The notes beneath the pieces are model-generated. The model was given only the letters and a program-made list of their open reading frames with translations, searched no databases and had not been told where the DNA came from. Of a stretch of DNA of 64,000 bases, positions 37,177 through 46,258 are shown piece by piece (the first letter of the stretch is position 1; the number at the start of each line of letters is the position of its first letter). Source of the stretch: a virus; IMG/VR virus record IMGVR_UViG_3300049489_001303, positions 106,145 to 170,144 of that record. One strand, given 5' to 3'. The position numbers and the translations under genes are program-made.

Positions 37177-40100
37177 CAGTGGCCAAGCTCCTCTGTGATT
37201 AACTGTTTCAGATCCTTCACTGCTGTGCCGAAAGAATCAACGGCATTACTGAATACCTTTTCCGGGAGGTTGGCTGCAAGGTTAGCAAAAGCGGTGTCGT
37301 CACGTTTAACCCGCTTCGCCGCCGCGCCGGTGGCGGGAGCGGTCTCTGTGTCCTGGCGCATCTGGGAGGTGAGACGCTCTGTAGTATACCGGCCGAGAAG
37401 AGCAGCCGCCTCTTCAGCTTTGGGGCCCTCACCGTGAATATCGATCGCAGCTTGACGGTACTTTTCTTCCTTGTCCCCGAACTTACTGGGGTCGTACTTC
37501 TCGAGAATTTCCCTGAAACTAGTATACGCCTCTGGATTCCTCAAGGCCCCTACCTTCATTTTTGAGGATAGCTGCTGCATACCGGCCTGGCTGAAAATGG
37601 CAGTGGTCAATTTATTTGACAGGGCTAAATCCTGCAGCTGCCCATAGGCTGCGGGAGTTTTTGCCAACTCCCCTAAGCCTTCCCTCAAGTCATCGTCGGA
37701 CAGAACCCCCTTAAAGCTTCCGGTCTGAGCCTTTCTAATGGCCTCGGCAAAGTCATCTATAGTCCCCTTCCCACCTGCACCAGTCCAAGCCTTGTACAGC
37801 GCGGGAGTTGCGCCCTCAGCGATACCCATGATCTCTACTTGGGTTTTTCCACCCACAGGATTATCCCCGATAAAGCCCATCAACCGTTCCCCGACATCGT
37901 CACGCCATATGCCGGTGCTTATTCCGGCATCGGATTGCAACTTAGCCATCTTTGCCTTGTTACTTTTCAGAACTCTATCAACGGCTTCCTTCTGCTTCTC
38001 CTCAAAATCTCCGGCAGCATCCGACATACCTGCAGCCAGGGCTCTTTTCGCTCCGGGCCTTTGAGAAGCCTCTAACAGAAGAAGCTTCATGATCTCAGCT
38101 TTCTCCTCATCCGTTTTGTTTGCATATCCCGGTATGGACTTGGCGGCTTTATCCAGTTCCTCTTTAACTTGGGGTGATTCCAGGTTCCACGCTTCTCCCG
38201 AAGTAAGGCTGGACCACAAAGACCCGCCACGGCTCTCTAATTTTTTTGCAACACTTACTGCTGCTACTTGCAAAGCGGCCCCAGAAACATTCAAGCGCTT
38301 AGCTGCCTTTCCAGTATCACTCGGGTCCATGCCACTCATGCTGTTGGCCAATTCATTAATAAACGTATCCGGATCTGTGGATAAAGTCCCAGCCGTGTTG
38401 GCCCCCTTACCCGATCCAATACGTGTACGGGTGCCTGCGGCACTACCCGCGTAGCGCCTCGTGCTCTCTGTATTGATCGAGTCGTTGTAACTGCGTCGGC
38501 GCCGGACCATACCACTCTCCGGCCCGCCGATAAGCGGGAAGTCCGCCAGGAAGTTGCCGATGTTGTCAATCCCACGACCCATGGCGTTGGATGGGTACTC
38601 GATGGCTTTGCTCAGTGCTCCGCCGATACCGCCAGTGAAGCTGGCAGGCAGGAGGGGTCTGTTGCCCATGGCGCTGCGCTGCATCCCCGCCAGATCCTGC
38701 ATCTGATCGAAGCTGCTGCGCTGGAGCTGACCGAGACCTCCGGACTTCATCATATGGATCATTTGCTCGCCCTGGTCTCTCCCGAACATAATCTGAGCAC
38801 CAGTGGCAAAGCCTTCGATGCCACCCATGCCGAGCTGCTTCCCGGTGTTGAGAGCCATCATGTAGCGCTCGGCCATAAGCTCTCCGGGGGTCTTCTTCGA
38901 TGTTGCGCTGTCGGCGACCTCACGGCCCTGGAGCTGGAACATGGCCAGAGCTCCAATACCGCCCTTCGCCACGCCGGCGCTCAGGTTGCGATAGGCATCC
39001 GTGACCATGCCCTGCGCTCCACCCGCAGCCATGTAATCCGATGCGCCATCAGCCGCCGCTGTCCAACCCTTGGCACCGAACCTACCACTCTTCGCGGCGT
39101 AAAGGGGCATACTGGAGAACGCCGCTTGTGCCTGAATGTCCCGTTGGGTCATACCCGACACTCCACCCAGTAGAGCCAGCTGCTGTGCGGACATATTGCC
39201 GCCCGCAACCATCTGGCGGGTCATTCCCGCGGCGAAGTTACCATACTGGAATCCGGCACCAGCCGTAAGACCGGCTCCCTGAAAAGTAGCTGCGCCGGGA
39301 AGTCCGCCGATTTCTTTGAGACCTTGGATGGAAGTCCCGGCCTGACGTGAATATGCTCTCATCCCCTGCGCTGCCTGGGACATCTGCGCCTGAGTCATAC
39401 CCATCTGCTGCATCTGTCCCATCTGCTGGATCACGCTGGTGAGGCTCGGGTCGTTGGTGAGCTGCATGAACTCTTTGATAGTGTTGGCAGTCTCCCGGAG
39501 CTTGTTCTTGATATCGGGAACAGACTGCGCCATGTCAAACAGACCGGCCTGGCCGCCCTGCTTGAGGATATTCATCATGTCCGCTTTGTTCATTCCGGAC
39601 GTATTACTCGAGTCCGCCGCCATATCCCGGATGCCACTTGCCAGTTCACGGGAAGCCTCTCGAGTCAGGCCGCGGCCTGTGGGGCTGAGTCCTGCACCGG
39701 AAGTCACGAAGCCACGGGTGGCATTCTGGATGTCGGCGCCCATGCGGATCGTCTCCATGGGGATGCCTGTAACCATATCCGCCATTCCACCGACGGCTGA
39801 GGGGATTCCCGCCAGCCCGGCGCCCAACATGCCAACGCCGGCACCGATCGCACGGCCCCAGGGCCCGAAGGCGCCACCGAGCTTAGCCCCGGCCATAGCT
39901 GCGGCACCAAAGCCGATACCCTGACCCATCACCCCGGGAATCTTAGACGCCGCGGCGTAAGCGTTCATGGAAGACATGTCCCCGAACGTCTGCTGCTGCT
40001 CGGCGGGGGACTGGAACATCGGCTGGGGCAGACTGTAGCCCAGACCGATGGGGGACAACATACGATTTGAGAAAGAAGGGATCCCCATGGGCGGTAAAGC

Positions 40101-40496
40101 CCCGAAGCCGGGGGATGGCGCCCTCGGACGGAAAACTCCCGTCTCAGACGGCGTCATCATCAGGGGCGAAGGCAGCATGCTCTCCGAAGGCACTCCGAAG
40201 GGATTACGTGCTAGATCCTGAGACGTGTAGTTGGGATTTCGAGCCATGTAGAGCGCCTGCGCCACTTGCGGGGACATATTCTGCGTTGCTTTGATAGCCT
40301 CGTAGTTGGCCTGAAACTGCCGCGACACGCCCTGCACGGCCGTGCTGATGTTCACCTGTGCCTGTTGCAAACGCAAAGATGCGTCTTGCATGAGGCGCAG
40401 GGACGTTTCGGCTGGAGAAGGCGTCATCGGTGACTGAGAACTCGCTCCGCCACCGCCCAGACCCATCCCGGACTGCATCATGTTGAGGTCTGCCAC
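37176..40496 (-). CDS. Tape-measure-like protein
   Basis: 1106 aa, Ala/Gly/Met/Gln-rich helical with glycine-zipper segment; follows the frameshifting chaperone pair. Confidence 0.7.
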   Translation of the reverse strand: MADLNMMQSGMGLGGGGASSQSPMTPSPAETSLRLMQDASLRLQQAQVNISTAVQGVSRQFQANYEAIKATQNMSPQVAQALYMARNPNYTSQDLARNPFGVPSESMLPSPLMMTPSETGVFRPRAPSPGFGALPPMGIPSFSNRMLSPIGLGYSLPQPMFQSPAEQQQTFGDMSSMNAYAAASKIPGVMGQGIGFGAAAMAGAKLGGAFGPWGRAIGAGVGMLGAGLAGIPSAVGGMADMVTGIPMETIRMGADIQNATRGFVTSGAGLSPTGRGLTREASRELASGIRDMAADSSNTSGMNKADMMNILKQGGQAGLFDMAQSVPDIKNKLRETANTIKEFMQLTNDPSLTSVIQQMGQMQQMGMTQAQMSQAAQGMRAYSRQAGTSIQGLKEIGGLPGAATFQGAGLTAGAGFQYGNFAAGMTRQMVAGGNMSAQQLALLGGVSGMTQRDIQAQAAFSSMPLYAAKSGRFGAKGWTAAADGASDYMAAGGAQGMVTDAYRNLSAGVAKGGIGALAMFQLQGREVADSATSKKTPGELMAERYMMALNTGKQLGMGGIEGFATGAQIMFGRDQGEQMIHMMKSGGLGQLQRSSFDQMQDLAGMQRSAMGNRPLLPASFTGGIGGALSKAIEYPSNAMGRGIDNIGNFLADFPLIGGPESGMVRRRRSYNDSINTESTRRYAGSAAGTRTRIGSGKGANTAGTLSTDPDTFINELANSMSGMDPSDTGKAAKRLNVSGAALQVAAVSVAKKLESRGGSLWSSLTSGEAWNLESPQVKEELDKAAKSIPGYANKTDEEKAEIMKLLLLEASQRPGAKRALAAGMSDAAGDFEEKQKEAVDRVLKSNKAKMAKLQSDAGISTGIWRDDVGERLMGFIGDNPVGGKTQVEIMGIAEGATPALYKAWTGAGGKGTIDDFAEAIRKAQTGSFKGVLSDDDLREGLGELAKTPAAYGQLQDLALSNKLTTAIFSQAGMQQLSSKMKVGALRNPEAYTSFREILEKYDPSKFGDKEEKYRQAAIDIHGEGPKAEEAAALLGRYTTERLTSQMRQDTETAPATGAAAKRVKRDDTAFANLAANLPEKVFSNAVDSFGTAVKDLKQLITEELGH

Positions 40497-40499
40497 GTT

Positions 40500-40850
40500 T
40501 TATCCCTTGACTGTCAATGCCGCCACCTTGTCCATCAGGCGTTTTTGTTCATCTTCGGCACTCTGCTTAGCCTGCTGGACCAGTTCCTCAACAGGCGTGT
40601 ATCTATAATTATAGCGAAATTGGTAGACCTCTTCAGCATAACTGGCCACCAATCGAGATACTTCACCCCTGGACAGGCCTGATATAGGCTCTAAAAGAGC
40701 TGCGAAAAGCCGAGCGAAGGCCACCTTCTCCTGCTTCTCACGCTGCAGACCCTCTGCCAGGATGTTGAATTTGAAAGAACCCATCGGCGGCAGAGGGATA
40801 CCCTTCAAATAACAGTGGATCCGCGCCTGCCCTACCGCCGAATTTAAAAA
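40500..40850 (-). CDS. Tail assembly chaperone extension (lambda T-like), reached by -1 frameshift
   Basis: The -1 frame is open from the slippery site (FLNSAVGQARIHCYLKGIPLPP...) to 40500; the annotated TTG start has no obvious RBS. Confidence 0.65.
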   Translation of the reverse strand, partial: FLNSAVGQARIHCYLKGIPLPPMGSFKFNILAEGLQREKQEKVAFARLFAALLEPISGLSRGEVSRLVASYAEEVYQFRYNYRYTPVEELVQQAKQSAEDEQKRLMDKVAALTVKG

Positions 40851-41503
40851 TCCGAGGGCGCTCCTTCAGAAAACACAGCGTAAACTTTGCTGTCAAACTT
40901 GGCCACGCAATCCATCAACCGCGCTGCGACTGGGGTGGGCAGGCTCATCACAAACTCCAGGCGTGCGTGGAACGCCCGCTCTATTTCCTCTTTGCGGGCA
41001 TCGTATGTCATATTTTCTGTGAGGGCCGGTTGCACCATCTTCTGTCCCCGGTATTCCACCAGGGACGCCGCCAGGTTACACCGCGACAGGATATCGTTGT
41101 AATGTGTCGGGCTGGTGGGGTTCTCCGCCTCCACGATCCTGAGCATCCGCTGGGTATCCGTGTAGGTGCGTGTGCGCACAATAGCGGTAACACCCCTGCC
41201 AAGCTCTACTGTCTCTTCGTACATGTCGTTGAACAGCACCTTGTCCAACATGATCCGGGCCTCTTCCTGAGTAACCTCTACAGCTTTAAGCCCCTCCAGA
41301 TACAGCTTCGCACGCTCCTCGGCGGTGGTGGGGATCTTTTTTTCAGCCTCTTTGGCCGCTTCCCCTGCCGACTTTTCAGCTTCCGGTTTCGGCTCTGGTT
41401 GTGGCTGGGGTTTAGCCTGCAGCGTAGCCGGCGCCTGGTGTCGAAGCTTATTTCCTTCTGCGGACTCAAATTTGCCAATGATGTTGTGCTGCGAATCGGT
41501 CAT
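40844..41503 (-). CDS. Tail assembly chaperone (lambda G-like)
   Basis: 219 aa from MTDSQH with GGAGG RBS; ends G GAT TTT TAA; upstream of the tape measure. Confidence 0.7.
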   Translation of the reverse strand: MTDSQHNIIGKFESAEGNKLRHQAPATLQAKPQPQPEPKPEAEKSAGEAAKEAEKKIPTTAEERAKLYLEGLKAVEVTQEEARIMLDKVLFNDMYEETVELGRGVTAIVRTRTYTDTQRMLRIVEAENPTSPTHYNDILSRCNLAASLVEYRGQKMVQPALTENMTYDARKEEIERAFHARLEFVMSLPTPVAARLMDCVAKFDSKVYAVFSEGAPSDF

Positions 41504-41571
41504 GGTGGGAGGCCTCCTGTATGTTGATGTCTCACAACATATCAAGGAAACCGGGTAAAAGCAACAACTGG

Positions 41572-41600
41572 TTGACATGGGGTTTGGTGTCCTGTAGGAT
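41572..41600 (+). promoter_or_regulatory. Sigma70-like promoter
   Basis: TTGACA-17 bp-TAGGAT at the strand switch, 8 nt before ATG 41609. Confidence 0.55.
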
Positions 41601-41608
41601 TTGACCCA

Positions 41609-41983
41609 ATGCACTATATCATCGGAATAGCCCTTGCGGAGCAGACTGACGAGCAGGTATTGGTTTCTGCCGTGACCTGTTTCAAGGAAACTCCCCGACG
41701 ATTCGGGCATGGGCGCCTGTCAGCAAACACTGTAAAGAGGGAAGCCATATGCTGGGTATCCATGATAGCCCCCAACTACGTGAGGGGTATATCCGCGGCG
41801 TATCATCGATCCATCGAAAAGATCCTGCTGCGCAATGACTTCAGGATACCTCCCTCCGGTCTGGATGCGACAGCCCTGATCTTACGGCCGTACGCCAGCA
41901 ACAAACTGCAGGTTCCCCACAAACTACAGAGTGCCCATTGGACTATCACCGCAGCGGAAGAGCTGCTACTGGAGGTGCTATGA
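41609..41983 (+). CDS. Hypothetical protein
   Basis: 124 aa; stop overlaps the next ATG. Confidence 0.5.
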   Translation: MHYIIGIALAEQTDEQVLVSAVTCFKETPRRFGHGRLSANTVKREAICWVSMIAPNYVRGISAAYHRSIEKILLRNDFRIPPSGLDATALILRPYASNKLQVPHKLQSAHWTITAAEELLLEVL

Positions 41984-42213
41984 AAGGTCTATTCAACCCC
42001 GACGACAGCCGTCCCCGTGTAGACAATAACGTTTGCGGTAAGTGCCGGCGCAAATTCGAACGCGGGCATCGGGTGACCACCGCCTACATCTTCGATAGCT
42101 CCGGGCTTAACCCCAGAGACTTCAGGTCGCAAGGTGTCTACCTTGAAAAGGAATTCGAGCTGGTTCATATTGACTGTAAAGATCCTACCCTTACCAAGGG
42201 TCTTGTGAGTTAG
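41980..42213 (+). CDS. Small zinc-binding protein
   Basis: GGAGG RBS; CGKC and HIDC. Confidence 0.6.
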   Translation: MKGLFNPDDSRPRVDNNVCGKCRRKFERGHRVTTAYIFDSSGLNPRDFRSQGVYLEKEFELVHIDCKDPTLTKGLVS

Positions 42214-42215
42214 CC

Positions 42216-42662
42216 ATGTCTGGAATATTCAACCCCTTCGAGAAGCCCAAAGAGAAGCTTCCCACCTATGATCAGGCTCAGGAAAAGCTTGAAAAGGAGC
42301 GGGAGGCTCTTCAAGAGGAGCTGTGTGATGCGGCGCTGGATGGTGGGGGATTCGTGCTCAAGATCCTTCAGGTAAGGCCTGAAGACATCTATGAAAGGCT
42401 CGGGAGACTGATAAAGGACGTAGTTAAGGTGCCTGAACTGAAGGCGGAGCTGGAGCGCTACGGAGTAACGCTTACCAACGACAAAATAGCTGAGGCCTGC
42501 GTCTCTTCCCTGAAAACAAGCTCCGGCTACCTGGGTGTTAACCTGGGGGACAAAGCACATTCTGAAACCGCAGTATACAACCGACTGGCTCGGGCACTGT
42601 ATAATGTACCCATAAAGAAAACCCTGACGGATCACAATGCCGTCATTATCAAGAGAGGATGA
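42216..42662 (+). CDS. Hypothetical protein
   Basis: 148 aa in plus-strand operon. Confidence 0.6.
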   Translation: MSGIFNPFEKPKEKLPTYDQAQEKLEKEREALQEELCDAALDGGGFVLKILQVRPEDIYERLGRLIKDVVKVPELKAELERYGVTLTNDKIAEACVSSLKTSSGYLGVNLGDKAHSETAVYNRLARALYNVPIKKTLTDHNAVIIKRG

Positions 42663-42672
42663 GTTAAACTGA

Positions 42673-42927
42673 ATGCCTACGTATCCCTGCAGTAAATGCG
42701 CGAAATTCTACGCTCTGCGTAAACCCAAAAGAGATGGTAGTGGCTTCCTTGAACTGAAGCATGGCTACTGTCTGGCCCGGACGGTGTTCGCCAAGAACCG
42801 GCCCGGCGATGAGGTTCTCCCGATCGGAGCTAAGAGCGCAGATCTGCCCAACGGACAACACAATGTGGTGCTGGTGCGTGTGGACAGCCTGGAGCTGGGC
42901 TGCAATGACGCCGTGCCACGAAAATAG
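42673..42927 (+). CDS. Small Cys-containing hypothetical protein
   Basis: CSKC plus two further Cys; in operon. Confidence 0.55.
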   Translation: MPTYPCSKCAKFYALRKPKRDGSGFLELKHGYCLARTVFAKNRPGDEVLPIGAKSADLPNGQHNVVLVRVDSLELGCNDAVPRK

Positions 42928-42936
42928 GAGGCTCAT

Positions 42937-43248
42937 ATGGAAGAGATGAAGAAGGGGGAAATGATCCCCGGACAGACTGCCAACAAGGATAAACAGGCAC
43001 AAGTCATGGCTACAGCCTCAGAGGCGGCACACTGGGAACGTGTCGGTAAAGCATCGGAGGCTATCAATAAATATGCTATGTTGCATATGAAAGACTATCA
43101 TTTGACCCATGAGGAGATGGCACAGGCCATTTACCTTGAGGTCATCAACTGGAAAGAATTCTGGCCGACTGATCTTGGCGGCCCCGCTCAGTTCGATGCC
43201 CTGAGCAAAGATGTCTGGGACTGGTTCCAGGCAAATAAAAACAAATAG
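42937..43248 (+). CDS. Hypothetical protein
   Basis: 103 aa, GGAGG RBS. Confidence 0.6.
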   Translation: MEEMKKGEMIPGQTANKDKQAQVMATASEAAHWERVGKASEAINKYAMLHMKDYHLTHEEMAQAIYLEVINWKEFWPTDLGGPAQFDALSKDVWDWFQANKNK

Positions 43249-43281
43249 TTCATAGTTTGAAAATCACAGAAGGAGTCGGAC

Positions 43282-43854
43282 ATGAAACGTATATATTACG
43301 TACTGGTAGCCCTTATTCTCACTTTGCCCACGCTGGCGGGTGAACCCGCACCTGTTCGGGTGGCCATGCTGGAAGCCATTGAGACTGAGACAGTTGAAGC
43401 CGAAGCAATGCGGATGGAAGACAAACTCGACAGCGCAATCCTCTACTACCTGGCGGGTTCAAAGAGACATCCAATGGCCAAGTGGGACAATCGTGAGGCC
43501 CTTATCAAGGATCTGATCGTCGCGGGGAATGAATATGGCGTCTCTCCCTACCTGCTGCTTACCACGGCTTTCTATGAGAGTAGCCTCCTGATTTCGGCTG
43601 TCGGCACGAGGGGGGAGATCGGACTTACTCAGGTCCACGGGGATGCCAAGAAAGAGTGTGAGCTTGACACACAACTTGGCCAGTTAATGTGTGGTGCCCG
43701 GTGGCTGAAGAAGGCTCATGATGTTTGTGGATACTGGCCGGGAGCGCTTACAATGTACGCCACGGGTGAGTGTCGTTCCAAATCGGAACGTGTGGTTCGG
43801 CTGGTTCACTTCCGTATGGAGAAGTGGCAGTACGTCGAAAACCTGACTAACTGA
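43282..43854 (+). CDS. Soluble lytic transglycosylase (SLT)-like protein with N-terminal signal peptide
   Basis: YESSL (catalytic E-S), 'AVGTRGEIGLTQV', 'ALTMYATG'; hydrophobic N-terminus; AGGAG RBS. Confidence 0.8.
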   Translation: MKRIYYVLVALILTLPTLAGEPAPVRVAMLEAIETETVEAEAMRMEDKLDSAILYYLAGSKRHPMAKWDNREALIKDLIVAGNEYGVSPYLLLTTAFYESSLLISAVGTRGEIGLTQVHGDAKKECELDTQLGQLMCGARWLKKAHDVCGYWPGALTMYATGECRSKSERVVRLVHFRMEKWQYVENLTN

Positions 43855-43866
43855 GGGTATAAAGAC

Positions 43867-44040
43867 TTAGCAACACGTCGGCTTCTTTACAGGGAAGCAG
43901 GGGTACAGAAACTGTACCCACTATGCCCTGCCCCTTCGAAGACTCGGGGCCAAAGGAAAAAAGAGGACTGCGGACTTTCTCCAGGTACACACAAAGGTGT
44001 TGCAGAGGATGGTTGAAATATACCATCCTCTTTTTTTTTT
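43867..44040 (+). ncRNA. Candidate structured non-coding RNA
   Basis: Between a GGTATAA motif and an intrinsic terminator; closing stem GCAACAC/GTGTTGC with three internal hairpins. Confidence 0.4.
44004..44040 (+). terminator. Intrinsic terminator
   Basis: AGAGGATGG/CCATCCTCT stem followed by a run of 10 T. Confidence 0.85.
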
Positions 44041-44044
44041 GGCC

Positions 44045-44073
44045 TTTACACTGCAAACAACCCCTGCTATCAT
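44045..44073 (+). promoter_or_regulatory. Sigma70-like promoter
   Basis: TTTACA-17 bp-TATCAT with extended -10 TG. Confidence 0.55.
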
Positions 44074-44113
44074 CCACCCATAGGTTAAACGCGAATGGCC
44101 GGGGAGGTTGGGA

Positions 44114-44413
44114 ATGACTGTGGACATTTATAAAGAGGGTGAAGAGAATGTGATCGCTGAGATTGCCATGCACACGGGGAACCTACTTATTGTAGACGAC
44201 GTAGCATTGGCGGGGCTTCCAGCAGGAACTAACTTCGTGAGCCTGCATGTGGGTTCAGTGCAGCCCCAATGGGTTCCCGTGATCGCTACGCGGCAGGGGG
44301 GAAAAAGATACATTCTGATCTCCATCGACGACGCCATGGACATGCCCACGCAACTGACTGAAATAGTCCCTATTGAAACCCCGGAAACAAACGAAGATGC
44401 AACCGATAAATAA
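44114..44413 (+). CDS. Hypothetical protein
   Basis: GGAGG RBS, 99 aa. Confidence 0.55.
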   Translation: MTVDIYKEGEENVIAEIAMHTGNLLIVDDVALAGLPAGTNFVSLHVGSVQPQWVPVIATRQGGKRYILISIDDAMDMPTQLTEIVPIETPETNEDATDK

Positions 44414-44981
44414 CCCCCTGAGTATTGTGGGCATCGCCGGAGGGTTGAACTGCGGTAAAGGTGCTGTCGCCGCTGTGTTCCACGGCCAAGGATATATGGA
44501 ACGAAACTTCTCAGATCCCCTCAAGCGTATTGTCCGTGAGCTTTTCAACGTTTCCACCAAAGAGTTATGGGGCCCCAGCCAGAACCGATCCCCCGAGGTG
44601 CGTGCCATGCTGCAGGAGTTAGGCACAGACTACGCCCGTAAGTTCCGGCCCAACATCTGGGTGGATAAGATGGAAGAGTCCCTTTCTGCCTTTGCCTCCA
44701 GTGGCATCAAGGGGTACAAAGGGGTCGTTGTAGCTGACATACGATTCCCGAATGAGATTGAGCTGCTACGCTCCATGGGTGGAAAGATGATACGTATCCG
44801 TCGCCCGGGAAACTGCTCCCACTTGCCCACGGAGCTGGGCAAACACAGCAGTGAAACTGCCATAGATAATATGCCTGACTCGGCCTTCGACTACATCATA
44901 CAAAACGACGGAACACTGGAAGACCTCCAGAACACCGTCCTGAGCATAATCGAAGACATCAATGCCCTTCATATCAAATGA
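44397..44981 (+). CDS. Deoxynucleoside monophosphate kinase (phage type)
   Basis: GIAG...GK P-loop, FSDPLK, R.MLQELGTDYAR, DIRFPNE, HSSE and IIQNDGTLEDL. Confidence 0.9.
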   Translation: MQPINNPLSIVGIAGGLNCGKGAVAAVFHGQGYMERNFSDPLKRIVRELFNVSTKELWGPSQNRSPEVRAMLQELGTDYARKFRPNIWVDKMEESLSAFASSGIKGYKGVVVADIRFPNEIELLRSMGGKMIRIRRPGNCSHLPTELGKHSSETAIDNMPDSAFDYIIQNDGTLEDLQNTVLSIIEDINALHIK

Positions 44982-45408
44982 CCTGCCGGTAAACCCCGCC
45001 GACGGCGCCATATTCACTTACCCCGCTGGCAAGGTGGGGGGCGCTGGCAGCGCGATCTCTCTGTACCACATGACAGAGCTGATCGGAACAACCCCCAGCG
45101 TCATGCCGGTGGCGGGGAGAGACGACCTCATGTCCCTGGAGCGGGTCGTTACCAAAGTGCCCGTCGAAAGTAAGATGGTCTTGAAAATCCTGGCCGAACA
45201 GTTTATATTCGGTTCTCTTATTTTCCATAGCGGCTTCGGGTGGTTTGGCTTCGATGACGGAAAGGTGTCCAAGCTACCCATATATGAGCGTTTCGTGCGT
45301 GTGACTTGCGTTGTACCCATAGGCCCCACTACTGAGGGCTTGTACCTGTATGAGAAAATTGGTGTCAAACTGATTGGAGGCCTCGATGAAGAAACCAGTG
45401 GTACCTGA
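44962..45408 (+). CDS. Hypothetical protein
   Basis: 148 aa overlapping both neighbours. Confidence 0.55.
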   Translation: MPFISNDLPVNPADGAIFTYPAGKVGGAGSAISLYHMTELIGTTPSVMPVAGRDDLMSLERVVTKVPVESKMVLKILAEQFIFGSLIFHSGFGWFGFDDGKVSKLPIYERFVRVTCVVPIGPTTEGLYLYEKIGVKLIGGLDEETSGT

Positions 45409-46117
45409 GGATTTAAGAAGACAAGTGGAAGAAGCTATCCGCACCGGGGCGCCCCTGCCTCCTGGAGTGGTAACGGTTGGCCCGGGCCAGAAGCCGCCGC
45501 CCGGAGCTATGTCCCTGGGATCGATCGACCCCAAGCACCCGGCCATGGCCAAGAAAGAATCCCAGAACCCGCTACCAAGTGGGGCCGCTGGGTTAAAAAC
45601 CATCCGGGACGGTGGGGAATGCAACATCGGCTATGAGACGGGCAACCTGAACACCCTCATGGACAAAGTGCTCGATGACGCCAAGGGCTGCAGTGAAGAA
45701 GAGTCTGAGAAGCTGGAAGAGCTCCTCCGCGACTCACTGGCCAAGGGCGTTGTGGTGGCCATGCGCATGGAGGAGTACTGTGAGAACCACAGCTCCAGGA
45801 GGGTCTCCATCACCTTTGAGCGTCACCCTGAGTTGCTCGAAGTGCATCAGGAGATCGGCCGGCTGCAGGCTGAGGCCGAGGAAACCCGCAAGAAGATGCA
45901 GGAACTGCTGGCCGCCGGCAAAGAGGCACTGCAGAAGCGCTGGGAACTGGCCGTCAAGCTGGGTGGGCTGTCCCCCGAGAACAACTACTACATGATCAAC
46001 GAAGAGGCTGGTTGTGTGGAGCTGGTTGAGCTGAACTGCCATGAGTGTAAGGGTGCTGTCAAAGTCCGGAAGGCGCGGCAGGCGTTGCAGGAATATGCGG
46101 CGAAGATCAAGCCATGA
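45386..46117 (+). CDS. Coiled-coil hypothetical protein
   Basis: GGAGG RBS; Pro-rich N-terminus, Glu-rich coiled coil, CxxC. Confidence 0.6.
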   Translation: MKKPVVPEDLRRQVEEAIRTGAPLPPGVVTVGPGQKPPPGAMSLGSIDPKHPAMAKKESQNPLPSGAAGLKTIRDGGECNIGYETGNLNTLMDKVLDDAKGCSEEESEKLEELLRDSLAKGVVVAMRMEEYCENHSSRRVSITFERHPELLEVHQEIGRLQAEAEETRKKMQELLAAGKEALQKRWELAVKLGGLSPENNYYMINEEAGCVELVELNCHECKGAVKVRKARQALQEYAAKIKP

Positions 46118-46257
46118 GTGAACAACCTGAAAAAGCCCCTGAGTTTATCTGTGCTACGTGCGCGGAGTGTATTCTGAACGATACGTATTGCTACGCTTTT
46201 GAGAGGGAAACCACCCCCGACACTGAGGGATGTATGCACTACAAGCTGCGGGTTTGA
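46114..46257 (+). CDS. Small Cys-rich protein (47 aa)
   Basis: Manual translation MSEQPEKAPEFICATCAECILNDTYC...GCMHYKLRV; ATGA overlap. Confidence 0.5.
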   Translation: MSEQPEKAPEFICATCAECILNDTYCYAFERETTPDTEGCMHYKLRV

Positions 46258-46258
46258 T

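Noticed and set aside
43925-43955. tRNA gene suggested by TTCGAA
   Set aside because: No cloverleaf with canonical T-arm geometry or acceptor stem could be built.
43923-44117. 64-aa ORF
   Set aside because: No RBS, and it runs through a strong terminator and T10 tract; more likely non-coding.
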